A DNA stretch of 64,000 nt, taken from positions 86,616,001 to 86,680,000 of the forward strand of contig CM052816.1 of NCBI GenBank assembly GCA_028534125.1. The letters run 5' to 3'. The notes beneath the pieces are model-generated. The model was not told the DNA's origin. It did no database searches and saw only the letters and a program-made list of their open reading frames with translations. Of this stretch, positions 25,563 through 38,949 are shown piece after piece. Origin of the DNA: Lama glama (lineage: Eukaryota). The position numbers and the translations under genes were made by a program. Position 1 is the first letter of the stretch. Each line of letters starts with the position of its first letter.

Positions 25563-28500
25563 TTGCTTTATTTCATCAGTTATGGGGCAGGTAGAGAATA
25601 TGCAAAATTATTTTTCTTTAAAACCAGATTCTTTTGGAAAAAGAGAAAGAATTTTTCAAAGAGGAAAATATGTTGATCTCATTTTATATATTTTCTGGAA
25701 ATGGTAATGATCAATAATGCCAATATCCAATAATACATTTTCTTACCCTATTAAACACTGAGAGGAAGACTTTTACTCTGCTGTCAAAATACTAAAAGGA
25801 AAAATGCATATCTGCTTCCGAGAAAGTAAAGTATCATAAGGACCTCCTGAAAATTACATGCACCTTTTTCCTTTCCTTGTTCTCACATGTATCTCTTCTT
25901 CCTGGAGAAGGTGTGGTCACTCTCAGTTCTAAACCACAGAACACTAGTGACAGTATATCAATCCTATCTCTTTGTAAACAAAGGAAGCACTGACATATGG
26001 CCAATATCCAGAGAGCTCTCTGGTCTGAAACCTGGATCATTCGAGTATTTCCGGGAATAGATTTAAAGTATCGTAATGGTCCTGCCCAGGGTCAAAGCTA
26101 GATAACAATCTGTGGGCAGCAATAGCTTTTTAACTGGTAGATGACTCAACTCTCTTCCTTGCGAGCAGAGGTAAGGTTCTGAGGTAAAGAGTAAGAACAC
26201 TGAGCATGAACCATAGATGAGGTTAAAGGGAAAGTAATGTCTATCCAAATGCTAAAAAGTCAGGCACATTAGTCATGGCCAGTGACGTTAAGAAATAACC
26301 TGGAGCTTTCCCAGTGCTTGGCCACATGGCACAGGAAAGGCAGAAAGCAGGAAAACACACTAATAAGAAACCCCCACGTCCTACCTTTTATCCTCATACT
26401 CTAGGCATACAGATTTTTCTTACACTTACTTTCTTTTAAAATTCTCAGTGATGGGAACATGTTAAGCCCATACCTTGACATGATCACAGCAGAACAGGGC
26501 AGTCATGGACATAAATGGGAGATTGTGATCTCTTCTCTACAACATTGCATTTGGATAATATTTGAATTTTATTAAGCAATTTCCAAGGGCCAATCATTAT
26601 CCAAACTCTTTCATTTTTAACTCATCGGATACCTATAATAAATTTAGGAAGGAGGCTGTTTTTAAAGTGTTGTGACAGCCAGACTGAACAGTTTACATAT
26701 GGTTACACAGATAGGCAGTTGTAGACCTAGGGTTGCCTTCTAGCTGCGACTGGAGTGCCAGGGTTCTAATAGCTGTACCTGTGTCTGGAGGATCAATATT
26801 TATAAAAGAAATCTGTGTCTTTCTTACATACTTCACAATTTCAGTTTTTATTTCACCAATGTCTTGGTCCTTAGAAATTCCCCAGTTTTTCCTTCTTTTT
26901 CCTTCTATCTCTCTTTAGGTGCTATGTATTTCAAGAGATGCATCATGATGCCTGCAAGAGGCCATATAACCATTTCCTTTCAATTTGAAGATTTTGTCTT
27001 TCCACAATGAAAGGAAATCGTCCAAGGTCAGTGTCAGTGCTGACCCAGTCATCACTGTATGATGTACTTCAAAAACACCTCCGTGACCAATAATTTATAT
27101 TTAGGCTTTCCTAATTATTTCCCATGAAATCCATGACAAACATACTAGACAGATGATCATTCCCTGATTGCCTAACATTTGTGTGGTTCTCTAAACTGTT
27201 TTATTGATCATTTTGAGACAAGGTCCACCTTCAGAAGCAGTATAATTGTGTGCAGTCACCTTACTTAACACCATGAGTAATGGTCCCATCTTGGGGCTGA
27301 ACAATGAAGTTTGCTGAGATTTAGATTCTTCTATCAAAATAAGGTGGCTGAACTACACAAACTTTAAAGTGATTTTTAGTTCAAGTCATACACATATTAT
27401 TTAGAACTGATTCATAGATATACAAATAATCACTGCCATTTCTTACAAAGGCTTTAGGAAAAACAAAACAAGCAGACAAACAAAACATTCTGTGTTTTTG
27501 TATTAGATTGATACTTGGATACAGGCTTTATTTGGTGAAAGCAAATTTAGTAGAGGCTGTATATATGATATCCTCTGTGAGTATTTTCAGCACTTTTTCT
27601 TTTAATTTGAATTTCCATTTGATGAGAGATTTGATCCCATAATAAATTTTTAAAATAATGTTTCTATTAAAAGACAGTTATTTGTAGCATTTGAATATTG
27701 TGATGGGGAATGTTTATCTATATTAGTATATCTGTAAATAAAATCAATCTGGTATATGTCTGAACTATACAATTTGGTATATGTCTAAATTAAATAACTT
27801 TCTGTTAACACCATTTTCTATATTTCTTTGTATGCTTAAAATAATGTAAAAATAAAAACACAACTTAAAACTTTGAAAAAGTAGACTATGAAAGTATAAA
27901 TAAGGGCAGATTATATTTTAAGAATAACTGGATAAAAAGCTGCAAGCACTCTAAAAATATTTTGGATATTAGGAAGAAAAAGCAGGTCAGTAACACATTT
28001 TGTTAATGGATGGTCAAAAAAAGTAGATATGGGCTACACAGATCCTAAATCATTTCAGAGCATCGCTAAATATAATACAGAAACCAAATATACTAAGAAA
28101 CAAAGCCCTTCATGCACATCAAATTACATAAAATAAAAAATAAACCGAACATAAAAGGAAATAGAAGGGGAAAAAACCCACAAAAAACACACACTTCCCA
28201 GAAAGACAATCAGAAGGTTAAAACAGGCTATAATCAGACAACTGGTGGGTAAAAGAGTTATTGAGCAGGTGCATATATCTGCCTCAATGTTGACCACATA
28301 CATTTAAATTTCTAAATGGATCTTTTCCCTGTAATCCATTCAGAAATACTTTTCTTGCTGTTTTTGCCTCCCATAGATACTATTTTATACTGAAAGTAGT
28401 CCTTAGGAGACTATGAATAATTGAAAAGGAAAGATAGGGCATACAATAAAAAAGAAAAGCAGGCCAGTGTTCAAAATAATTTTTTACAATGTTGAATAAG

Positions 28501-28805
28501 AAACACTTGAATGCACTTGTGACGTCCCATTTGTATTAATATCTTAGAGCAAGAGTTTTCCATTTTTTTCATAGCCTTGAAACTAAACCTTCTCTTCAAA
28601 CAAAGCCTTACCCAAAAGCATAAATACACAAAAAATACAAAAGCAGTACAAGGTTTGTTTAAAAGACATTTTGTGGGAGAGTGGTATAGAAGGGTCTGTT
28701 CATTTACAGATAGAAACACATACACACACACCCCTGCACACACGGGTAGTACCAAGAGGCTTAGTTTGTTTATCATTACCATTACATTTTTCAAACATTT
28801 CATTT

Positions 28806-29099
28806 ATTCTATTTTTTATTGAAGTGTAGTTGGTTTACAACGTTGTGTTAATTTCTGATGTACAGCATAGTGATTCCGTTGTATATATATTCCTTTTCTT
28901 ATTCTTTTTCACTATAGGCTACTACAAGATATTGAATATAGTTCCCTGTGCTATACAGTGGGACCTTGTTGTTTGTCTATTTTATATATAGTAGTTAATA
29001 TCTGCACATCCTGAACTCCCAATTTATCCCTCCAGTCTTCCCTTTCCCTTCCCTCTGGTAACTAAGTTTGTCTTCTATGTCTGTGAGTCTTATTTCTCT
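28806..29099 (-). mobile_element. Artiodactyl/camelid-type L1 3' end with TSD
   Basis: ttttattgaagtgtagttggtttacaacgttgtgttaatttctg..gaatatagttccctgtgctatacag..ttctatgtctgtgagtct. TSD aacatttcattt at 28794-28805 and 29100-29111. Confidence 0.92.
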
Positions 29100-30466
29100 A
29101 ACATTTCATTTTAAATTCTTATGTATCTCAATGCCTAAAAACTAATAAAAATACACATTTAATGTAGTCATATCATAGTAAAAATGGCAAAAATATAAAA
29201 TAGGAAAGAAAAAAATTTACAGATAGAAAATAGATGCTAAGTTATACAATATGCAGGAAATCAATTCACATGTTAAAATATCAGGATATCAGAGGTGAAG
29301 CATTAATTATGTGATTCTTTAACTTTCCCAAAAGGTCATATTAAAAAAAAATAGTTTAGTGTGTAGTACTTGGTCATAATGTATCATGTAGTACATTAAA
29401 TTTTTGCCAGAACAAGTCCATATAAATTTTCAAAAAATATTTAAGAACACAGTCAAAAATCTAATTTGATTTCCTATATATAACAGTGATTTTCATACAA
29501 CTTTGTGAGTATACATTCAGTTCATACATCCCAAGAATTGTATTTTGTACGTGTGTCACTTGTCTCAGGATTGTATCAATAGCTAAGAGGATGTATGCTG
29601 ACACACCACTTCCATGCAACTACCCAAAGTAAGAATGGGGTCACTACTTAGTAAGGACTGCATGACAAAATAGTTCAGTAGAAATTGAATTAATTAATAC
29701 AACTACTTCTGGCAAAATTTCCATGTGATAGAAATTTCTAGAAAAATGTTTTTGGTTTTTTTAAATGGTATGAACATTTGGTAATATATAAAAGCATATA
29801 TACAATATAGAGAAGTATATCCTGTACAAGAAAAAAGTTAACAGAATCAAGAACTTCTTTTCAAATTACTTCCTTTCTGCAAATTCTTTAAATCACTGGA
29901 GACAGAATATCATTGTGCTCAAAAGAACAACTAAAAAAAAATTCTAATATTCAAAAGTAGTACAAAATGTCTCCAAAAACTTTTAATTTAAAAATTTTAT
30001 AAAAGGCATAGTATCTGCAAATTAGTTCAACAAAGACCTTATCAAAGAGTACAAAGAAACCCAATTATATTTCCGGAAGCACTGACTATTTACCTAAATT
30101 ACAGTCATCAGGAACACCAGCTGCAACCACACTCCTTAGATTTTCGCTCTAGGCAACTTAAATCTTAGAACTACATTTGGGAAGGGGATCCAAGAAAATG
30201 AAATAAGATAGCAAATTGTTGCATTAAGCTTATTGTGGCACAGGAAAAAGAAAAATAACAAAGTCATCTGGTAAGAGGGCATGTCCCACTAAAAGCCTGT
30301 ATTATCTAAATTTTAAGGGATCATATCCATAAATCTTCTAGGTACTCTCTTGTTTTATTTAATAATATTGCTTGTTTACTTCATTATGTTGCCCTGTGTT
30401 TATTGAGAACTCTTATCATTCTCATTCTCCTGCCACTCTTGGACTCATCTCCAGATTCAGACTTTG

Positions 30467-30695
30467 CAGGGGTCTGCAAACTTTGCTATGTATCAAAGTT
30501 ACTTGAGAAGTTTGTCAATGATCGGACTCTCAAGGCCCAAATCTAAAAGGCTAATTCAACAGCTCTGGGGAGAAGCCTGAAAAAGCTTTTCTGAAAATAA
30601 CAAACAAAAATAGCTGCAAAACAAGAACAAACAAAAAACACTCAAAAGCATCCTCATCATCTTTGGAGTACAATCTTTTGACGTTTTTAAACTGG
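30467..30695. mobile_element. MER5-like hAT-Charlie relic
   Basis: caggggtctgcaaactttgctatgtatcaaagttacttgagaagttt..aattcaacagctctgggg resembles MER5A. Confidence 0.55.
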
Positions 30696-31142
30696 TTTTC
30701 CCAGATATATCTTTAACGTTTCATAAAATAATGTGTTTAAAAAAAAAAAACACAAGTAGCAGTAAGGAATGATGTATATAATCAATTATTCTCCATCCCA
30801 CATTTCTGCACTGGAATGCCTTCTCCTCAGAAAGAACTACTATTAACACTTCAGCTCCTTTTTTTTCTCTTGGATTTTCTAGTGGGTCCCTCTATCAACA
30901 AAATAATGTGTCTATATTGATTTTTCTTTTAATCTACTTTACACACCATCTATTTAAATTATCCTGTGATTGACAAAGGTATAGCCCCCTCAAACCATGC
31001 AAACTTCCCCAATCTCCATAAGAGTCAATTACTTAGTCCTCTAAGTCATGATACTAAGTCTATATTCAAATGCTTAGTTAAAATGTCATCTGTTCTAGAA
31101 ACATTTGTCTATTTTCAGATCTCCTTTATCTATTATTTCAAT

Positions 31143-31555
31143 TGTTATGGAAACGACAGGCCAGTCAAGAAACAAGCACCACTTGGAGGGTTGGAGTACT
31201 CAGATGTATTACGCCGGCGGGCTCAGAGGGGCTTCTGCTCCGAAGCTCTGAGCACCTCCAAGACGTGCGCATGAGGTTTTAAAGGGTAAAGTACAAGCTT
31301 GGGGTATTCGGCCAATAGGCATGGAACAGCTTTAGCAGCATTATCATCATAAAAGTGGGGGCGGGAAGGCAGCAAACCAACATTCCAAAGCCAGATATGT
31401 ATCTTTGAAAATCCAGCTGGCTAGCAAAAATCATGAACAGCAAACCAACACTAATTAATTTAGATTTACAAGTTAGTCCAGCAGAACTCAGATCAGTATT
31501 TGGATACTTAGATTTGTGAGTTATCTTGTTAGACCAGCCCAGCTTTTCCTTCACA
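31143..31555 (-). mobile_element. Relatively young solo LTR (ERV1-like)
   Basis: The minus strand runs TGTGAAGG...CCATAACA (TG..CA). Contains a GC box (31358-31365), CCAAT (31312-31316), TATA-like tttaaaa (31277-31283) and poly(A)-signal variant aataca (31205-31210). Flanks caat/ctat fit a 4-bp TSD with one mismatch. Confidence 0.8.
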
Positions 31556-31622
31556 CTATGTCAATTTGCTGCTAAAGGTGTTGGAAAAGCTCTGTTTAAG
31601 TTTCCATCATTTGATTTACTTT

Positions 31623-31746
31623 TAATGAGGAGGAGGTGATTTTAAGTTTATTTATTTATTTTTTTAAACAGGGTTATTGGAAATTGAACCCAGGGCTTTG
31701 AACATGCTAGGCATGTACTCTGTCACTGAGCTATACCCTCCCCCTT
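31623..31746 (-). mobile_element. tRNA-derived SINE (camelid vic-1-like)
   Basis: Antisense B box (aattgaacccagg) and A box (cactgagctataccc), with a gaggaggtgattttaagtttatttattt tail. TSD-like atttacttt on both sides. Confidence 0.88.
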
Positions 31747-32951
31747 AATTTACTTTCTGAACAGAGTGACTTTCTGAACAGAGGTAGGGAGTATTACAAG
31801 TGTCAGTCTTGGTAAATGCACGTGGTGAACCTTCCTACCTCCCTCCCAAAGCACTGTAAGCACTGATGAGGCTGCTTGCGTGATCCACTCCAAACTTCAG
31901 ATGGAGTGGAATAGTTCCGATCCACTATAAATATCACACATCTCATTTATCTACGTTAACTAGCTAAAGCTTTGTGCCTGGATAGTACATAATTAACATG
32001 TCACAAAAACTTACAATAAAACTGCTCGCTATCTGGAAGAATAAATTCGCATTCCATTAAATAAGGATCATCACCATTTTAATAGTCTACATGTTGCATT
32101 TTAATAGGCATATAAGTAACCAGAAAATTAAATAGGTCTTTTATCTAATACGCATTTTCACATTTGAGTGTACGCCTGGCAGAAGATAACTAGGAGAGCT
32201 GCAACTGATCAGGTTCCATTAATGTGAGACTGCTTGTGAAGTAGTACATTTTCTAATACCTCGTGTGGAAATGTTATGCAAATTATTTGTAAATGTAAAA
32301 TCCTCAAGAGCAAAGCTACATTAACTGTTCCTATTGCGAAGTTATGCTCAATAATTTACAACCCATCAATGGCTGAACTGGAAATAAATTGTTTCTCTGC
32401 AGTTCCAAAATGCAGTAGAAATGTAAACAGCACCATCTTCTGGATTATACAAACTCTCATAATTGTTTTATAAGATGCAATGTTCTCTTAAAAAGATATC
32501 TAACATATTAAGTGCTACATGTGCACACTATATTTTGAAGACTTTACGGTTAATTTAAAAAAATGACAATAATATATAGATACTAACTCAATAATGTGTC
32601 GATAATATAAGCACTTTTGTATACATTAATTTGAATATTGATTAATAATCCAAGTATATATACTTCAGAATACTATAAATAAGAAAATATAGTTCTGCTC
32701 TTATTGATTGCATCTTTCCATAGCCATTGTCAGTTTATGAAGTATCTGAAGTGGAAAAAAGCATTTCATACATTGAACATTTCATTAAAGTACAAAACAA
32801 AAAATAGACACACTATATGTACAGTCAGTGTTCTCATCCCAAAAGACAAACTTCTATAAGTAATTCCTCCAAACTCTAATAGCTAAAAGAAAGTTATTTT
32901 ATCATTTCCTTTTCTCACTAGTAAGTAGTGTGAACGATAAATACTGCAAAC

Positions 32952-33430
32952 TGTATCAGTGAACAAAGAATGCTGAAACCATCAAGTCATCAGCCGCTGC
33001 CACCACCCCCAGGGAAAACAAGCCTGCAGCCCAGCCTCCTTAGCTACTCACAATGGTGCACCCTGAGGGGACTTAGAATAAGAAAGGACAGGATTCTGGA
33101 CCTAGATAGCTAGGTGCTTGTCAAGGAAATGTATTCAATGAGACAAATGTTTGCTCCCTCCCGTACATAGAAAAGCACTAAATTCTTCAACTTGGGATGC
33201 CTGGTTTTCTTTAGTTAACAAGTAAGTAGTCTTTAAATGTTCTGACTACTTGGTCTTAGTTGTGAAACTCCTATATATCCTAGCTCCCTGCCTACCTCTT
33301 CAGGGTGGTCCCTCAGAGCGATCTGGGAGGCTGTCATCCAGGGCTGAAAGGGGTTCGAGTCCTCAGAAATGTCTGCCAAGTAAAACATGACTCTTAACTT
33401 TTAGGCTGTGCATTTATTCCAGTGGTCTTA
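32952..33430 (+). mobile_element. ERV1-class solo LTR (MER41/LTR39-related artiodactyl type)
   Basis: tgcaccctgagggga..agatagctaggtg..catagaaaagcactaaattc..cctatatatcc (TATA)..ctcagagcgatctgggaggctg..agtaaaacatgactcttaacttttagg. Confidence 0.82.
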
Positions 33431-33959
33431 ACAGGAAGAAAGTATTCAAGGATATTTTGTGCCTTGAAAGTATTGCTATGTTTTCAACTAAAATATAATT
33501 CTAGTGATTTAATTTTACATTTGCCAATGATGGGACTAAATTTGTGATACCTTTATTCTTTAGCTCAAAGAAAGTTGTAAAAAAAAAAAAGCCTAGGGAA
33601 ATTAAGAGGAAAAACCAAGATACAATTACGAGAATGCAGGAGACACCAAGAATATAACTAATAAAATATTTTATTTTTATTTACTTTATTGTTCCCCCAA
33701 CAGTCTTTCACCTTCTTCTGTGCTCTACGGCTGGCCCTCACCTTTCTTCCTGTCGTTAGCCATCTCCTGTGGTCCGTCTATTTCCTCCTCAGGCTAGACA
33801 GTAGGACCCTGCCCTTTAAGCTCTACCTCCTTAGTGTTTTCAGTGATATGAGTTCCTTCACCTATTTTGATCAAATATGTCAACCATAGATCAACCCAAC
33901 CTTCCAACTTATTTTTTCAGGTTTAACTGGGCTGAACAGTGCAAGCATTGAAGGACAAA

Positions 33960-34365
33960 TATTGTATGATATATCACTTATATGTGGAATCTAAAAAGCC
34001 GAACTCATAGAAACAAAGAACATAATGGTGGTAACCAGGAGCTGGTGGGTGGAGGAAATGGGAGATGTTGGTCAAAGGGTATAAACTTCTAGTTAGAAGA
34101 TAAATAACTCCTGGCAATCTAATGTAAAACATTGTGATTACAGTTAGCAATACTGGACCACATACTTTAAAGTTACTGTGAGAGTAGATTTTAAATGTTC
34201 TCACCACAAAAAAGAGATAGTAATTATATGACAGGATAGCCGTGTTAGTAACACTAAGGTAGTAATCATATTGTAATATACAAGTACGTCAAATCAACAG
34301 GTTTTACACCTTAAAGATACACAATATTATATGTCAATTATACTTCAATAAAGTTAAAAAAAAAG
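33960..34365 (+). mobile_element. L1MA9-like 3' end
   Basis: atcacttatatgtggaatctaaaaag..ggggagatgttggtcaaagggt..atgttctcaccac..gtcaattatacttcaataaag followed by poly(A). Confidence 0.9.
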
Positions 34366-34559
34366 AAAGAAATTGTTAAAAATCTAAAGTATGACCTTAA
34401 TTCTTTAGGTTGAGGGTCATAAGCATCAGATTTGAGGGCCTAGCTCTCCATCTGCCTATCTTAGATATGATTGTTTGAGTTAGAGAGGTTTTGGTGGTTG
34501 CTAATTCTTTCTCCAACTATTATTTCTTGATAAAATATCAAATATAAAAAAAATTATAG

Positions 34560-35405
34560 GGGAAAGTTGGAGAGTAGAGGGTAGCCTGTGTACAGACCCA
34601 CAGGGAAGATAATTTATACTAAATTAAAATACGAATTGATATATGACAAAAATGTAGGTGTACATAGCAATTTAAGTAACATTCTTAGAAATTTAGACTT
34701 TCGTTGGAGGTCCATCAGGAGCCATGAATGATGTTTAAGCAGGGGAATGGCATAATGAAATTTTTTTCTCATGAAGATTCTGTTTTCCAGTATAGAAATG
34801 TGAGTGCGAAGCATTATGGGAGAAAGAACCAGCGAGGAGTCTATTTGGGAAATTACTAAGGTCTATTGGCAATTTTGGCTTGATAGTCAGTGTAGGAAGA
34901 ATGGAGAGAGAATGATACTCAGATTTTATTCCTTGGTGCACAGACCATAAAATAAGTCAGGAACAGAGAAAAGGAAAGCGGTAGGGAGAAATGTGCTAAT
35001 TCAATTTTGAAAATATGGAGTTTGAGGTTGATATTGTTGATACTGCCTGCTGTACATATTGTTAAAATTGATATTGCCTCTGTAGACACCAGAAGAAAGG
35101 GTCAAATGTCAGCAACAGCATGATTGTGAGCTCATTAAAAACATCTAGACCTCAGTTACAGAGAATTATGTCCAGTTTGTTTGCTAACTGAACCCAAGAG
35201 AACAAATGAGGTCATCCACAGAGCATATTGGGGATATATAAATTAAGTAAGCATTATAGGTAACAGGATAGCTAAAGAGAGATGGCTTTACAAGAGACCA
35301 AGTGCAAGATAAGGGACAGAAAAATGGTGCTATGAAATATTTGAAAATAAATTATGAGAGGGGAACATTTAAAAGTGTCCGAGGCTGTGGAAAGTCAAGT
35401 AACAC
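34560..35405 (-). mobile_element. L2 fragments
   Basis: ggagccatgaatgatgtttaagcagggg..aattcaattttg..gagtttgagg, typical L2 antisense. Confidence 0.65.
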
Positions 35406-36240
35406 TGGGCCCACATGTATCTGTAAAATTTTTTATCTAAGCAAGAACATTTCTCATAGATTTTTGGGTTTTAAAAAAGAATTAATAATTTTTAATTTAT
35501 AATTATAATTTCTAGGTTTTTCCCTAAAATAAATAAAATTATATAAAATTTTATATTTAGAAATTTTAAATTCAGAATAGTATCTCCAGACTTTCTTTCA
35601 AAAAGATGCTATTAAGGCTCTCCCATGAGAGTGTACTATCCATCCTTTAATAAATCCTCACTTTACCTTTTTTAAAAAAAAAAAAAAGATACTATTAAGC
35701 CACTGATATCCAGTATTTTTATAAAATCCTTTCTATAGAATACTTTTGACATTCTGTTTTTTCTTTAGCAACAGGATGTAATTAAAAGTAAAAGAAATAT
35801 TACTATCTATTGTAGTTTATGTTCCTAAAACAAGTATTATGTTTGAATAAATATAATTTTAGATAATTATCTATTCTATTAGGTATGAAATAGATTACAA
35901 TTAAATAATAACATTGTTTAGTATTACTCTGCCATTTTCTATGACAGGAAATTCTTGGCAAGAAATGTAGGTACTTTCTACACACTGTTTTTTTATTTAC
36001 TGAACACATTTTCCTCACCATAACAGTCAGTTTGTCTAAAAGACTGAAATTATTGTAATAGTTTATATCTATTTTTACCTGCAGGTAGCAGCAAAATACT
36101 ATTAACTGAGAACAATTATCCTCTTTGCTATTAAGACTTATTATAAAACATATGTTTAGATGCAGGACTTCTATATTCCTTAAGATACTGTTACTTTGTT
36201 TTTTCTTTAAGTTTATGCAAATGGTTCAATAACTCTAAAT

Positions 36241-36412
36241 TAATGGCTCTTAAATTGTGATTCCCAGAGGAGTAACTTCAATCTTACCTTGGAATTTAAT
36301 AGAAATGCAAATTCACAGACCTCACCTTAGTCCTGCCCTGGGAGGGACCTACCATCCTGTTTTACAAGCCTTTCAAGTGATTCTGGAGCAAGTTAAATGT
36401 TGAGAACCATAG
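36241..36412. mobile_element. MER5A (hAT-Charlie)
   Basis: tagaaatgcaaattcacagacctcacc..ttttacaagccttt caagtgattctg..ttgagaacca. Confidence 0.8.
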
Positions 36413-36420
36413 CTATCAAT

Positions 36421-36617
36421 CAGAATTGTGCAATAGAACTTTCTTTGATGATGGAAATGTTTTATATCTGCATTCTCCAATGCAGTAGTCAGTAGCCCCA
36501 TATGTCTACTAGATGGCTAGTATGACCAAGAACTGATTTCTAATGTTCTTTCATTTTAATTCATTTAAAGCTGAAAATCCACATGTGGCTAATGGCTGTT
36601 GTTTTAGACAGCACAAG
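36421..36617. mobile_element. MER3 (hAT-Charlie)
   Basis: tgtgcaatagaactttctttgatgatggaaatgttttatatctgc..ccacatgtggctaatggct..gacagcaca. Confidence 0.88.
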
Positions 36618-36914
36618 TCTGAGTGAAACTCAGAATTCATGAGATTAGAATCACAGAAGATTAGATTCTAAAGGAAATAAAAGCTTATTACATCTTTCAA
36701 CCACTACTGGAATCCTTCATGCTATAATTTACTAAAAGAAAAAAATAATAACCCTTTACAATTCTGATCCTAGCAAAATTACAATAATAGTAGAGTCAAT
36801 TACTTTGGCAAAATTTATGAAGTGAATTGATTAAATAATGTTTATATTTTTTACCAAAAAATGTATTTCAGTGTGGAAGGCAAAAAGCTCAGACAGTGTA
36901 TATGCCCTCCTTAA

Positions 36915-37075
36915 GTAAGGCTGGGGCCAGTAAGTGTGATGGAATCATGTTTATGGTTAGGTTAAAGATAAGTAGATTTTGCTCACACAATAAAGGTCCC
37001 TGTGTATTTGATAGTAAGTTTAAAAAAAGGGAGATTATCCTGAATGAGCGTGTCAAGTGAGCTTTTAAGAGAAGG
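36915..37075 (+). mobile_element. MaLR LTR 5' fragment (MLT1D/E-like)
   Basis: gatggaatcatg..atggttaggtt..gattttgc..aaaagggagattatcctg. Confidence 0.6.
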
Positions 37076-38460
37076 TCATAACTATAACCAAGTGGGATTT
37101 ATTACTAGGATGCAAGAATGGTTCAACATACGAAAATCAATTAATGTGACACATTACATTAAAAGAATAAAGGATAAAAGCCACGTGATCATCTCAATAG
37201 ATGCATTTGACAACACTGTTTCATGATAAAAAATTTTATGACTAAAAACAAACTAGGTGTAGATGAAATTTACCTCAACAAAATAAAGGCCATATATGAA
37301 AAACACATAGCTAATACCATAATCACCAGTGAAAAACTGAAAATTTTTCTCTAAGATTAGGAACAAGGGAAAGATCCCCACTCTTTACTACTTCTATTCA
37401 ACATAGTACTTGAAGTCCTAGCCAGGACAACTAGGTAAGAAAAAGAAATAGAACACACACAAATCAGAAAAGAAGAAGTAAAATTATCCTTATTCAGAGG
37501 TGACATGATTTATTTATAGAAGATTCCAAAGACTTTACCAAAGAAGAAAAGAAAATAACAAAAAACTGTTAGAACTAATAAACATATTCAGTAAAGTTGC
37601 AAGATATGTCAACACACAAACATTAGTTGCACTTTCATATAGTTAAAACAAACTATCTGAAAATGAAATTAAGAAAATAATCCATATTGTAGTAGCACCA
37701 AAAAGAATAAAATACTTAGGAATAAAATTAACCAAGGAAATTAAAGATCTGCATACTGAAAACAACAAAACATCAATGAAAGAAATTAAAGATGACACAA
37801 ACCAATGGAAAGACATTTATGTCCATAGGTCAGAAGACTTAATATTGTTAAAATGTTTATAGTAATCAAAACTATCTATAGATTCAATTCAATCTTATCA
37901 GAATCCCAATGGCATGTTTTTACAGACATAGAGAAAATTTTAAAATTTATGTGGAACCACAAAAGACCCTGAATAGCCAAAGCAATCTTCAGCAAGAACA
38001 AAACTGGAGGCATCACATTTCCTGATTTCAAAATATATTACAAAGTTATCACAATTAAAACAGTATGATATTGGCATAAAGTCACACACATAGATCAGTG
38101 GAACAGAGTAAAAAAACCAGAAAGCAGCCATGCATATACTGTCAACTGATTGTTGACAAAAGTGCCAAAAATACACAATGGAGAATGTACAGTCTGAAGA
38201 ACAAATGATGTTAGGAAAATTGGATATTCATTTGCAAAAGAATGAAACTGGATGCTTATTTTATACCACACACAGAAGTTAACTCAAAATAGATTAAAGA
38301 CTTAACTATAAGAAGTAGAATTGTAAAACTCCTAAAAGAAAACACAGGGGAAAAGATTCCTGACATTGGCCATAAAAGAAACAAAGGCAAAAATAGACAA
38401 GTGAGACCACATCAAACTGATAAGTTTCTGCACAGCAAAGGAAACAATCAACAGAGTGGA
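37076..38460 (+). mobile_element. L1 ORF2 fragment (RT region to C-terminal), decayed
   Basis: Translation [41 protein letters not shown] is L1 ORF2 RT. L1 homology is continuous downstream, with stops and frameshifts. Confidence 0.95.
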
Positions 38461-38949
38461 ATTAGGAAATAGTTATTATAGAACAGCTCACATATACTGA
38501 ATATTTAATATATGCTAAACCTGATACTGAGTATTTTCCACTAATTAATTAATTTAACTATTAATGAGAAACACTGATGACCACTATTGTTAAATTTTCT
38601 TCTTGAGAATTAGACAAAGAGATATAAGGTAATTCATCCAAAATTACAGAGGCAAGTAATAAGTTAAGGATTTAACAATAGGGAATGTAGTTACAGTCTT
38701 TGTACTTACCCAGTGCTCTATTTTGCCTCTCAAAGCAACAGTTAATTTGGGAATATGGAAGAAAATCTCTTTCTCTCATTAAGAAAAGTGCTGAGATTAT
38801 ACCTGAAGACTAAAGGCAGTTTTAATTGTAGAACATGGCATTGTGGGAGATGTTGATATTAAGAAAACATTCTTGAAAGATGAAACTTTTGATAAGGATA
38901 ATAAATCATATTAAATTTTGCAGTATTTTTGTTATACAGTGATTGATAG

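Noticed and set aside
31752..31783. Direct repeat actttctgaacagag x2
   Set aside because: A simple local tandem duplication with two copies only, not an array.
31885..31911. Hairpin tccactcca..tggagtgga as a possible miRNA or structured RNA
   Set aside because: The 9-bp stem is too short and is expected by chance.
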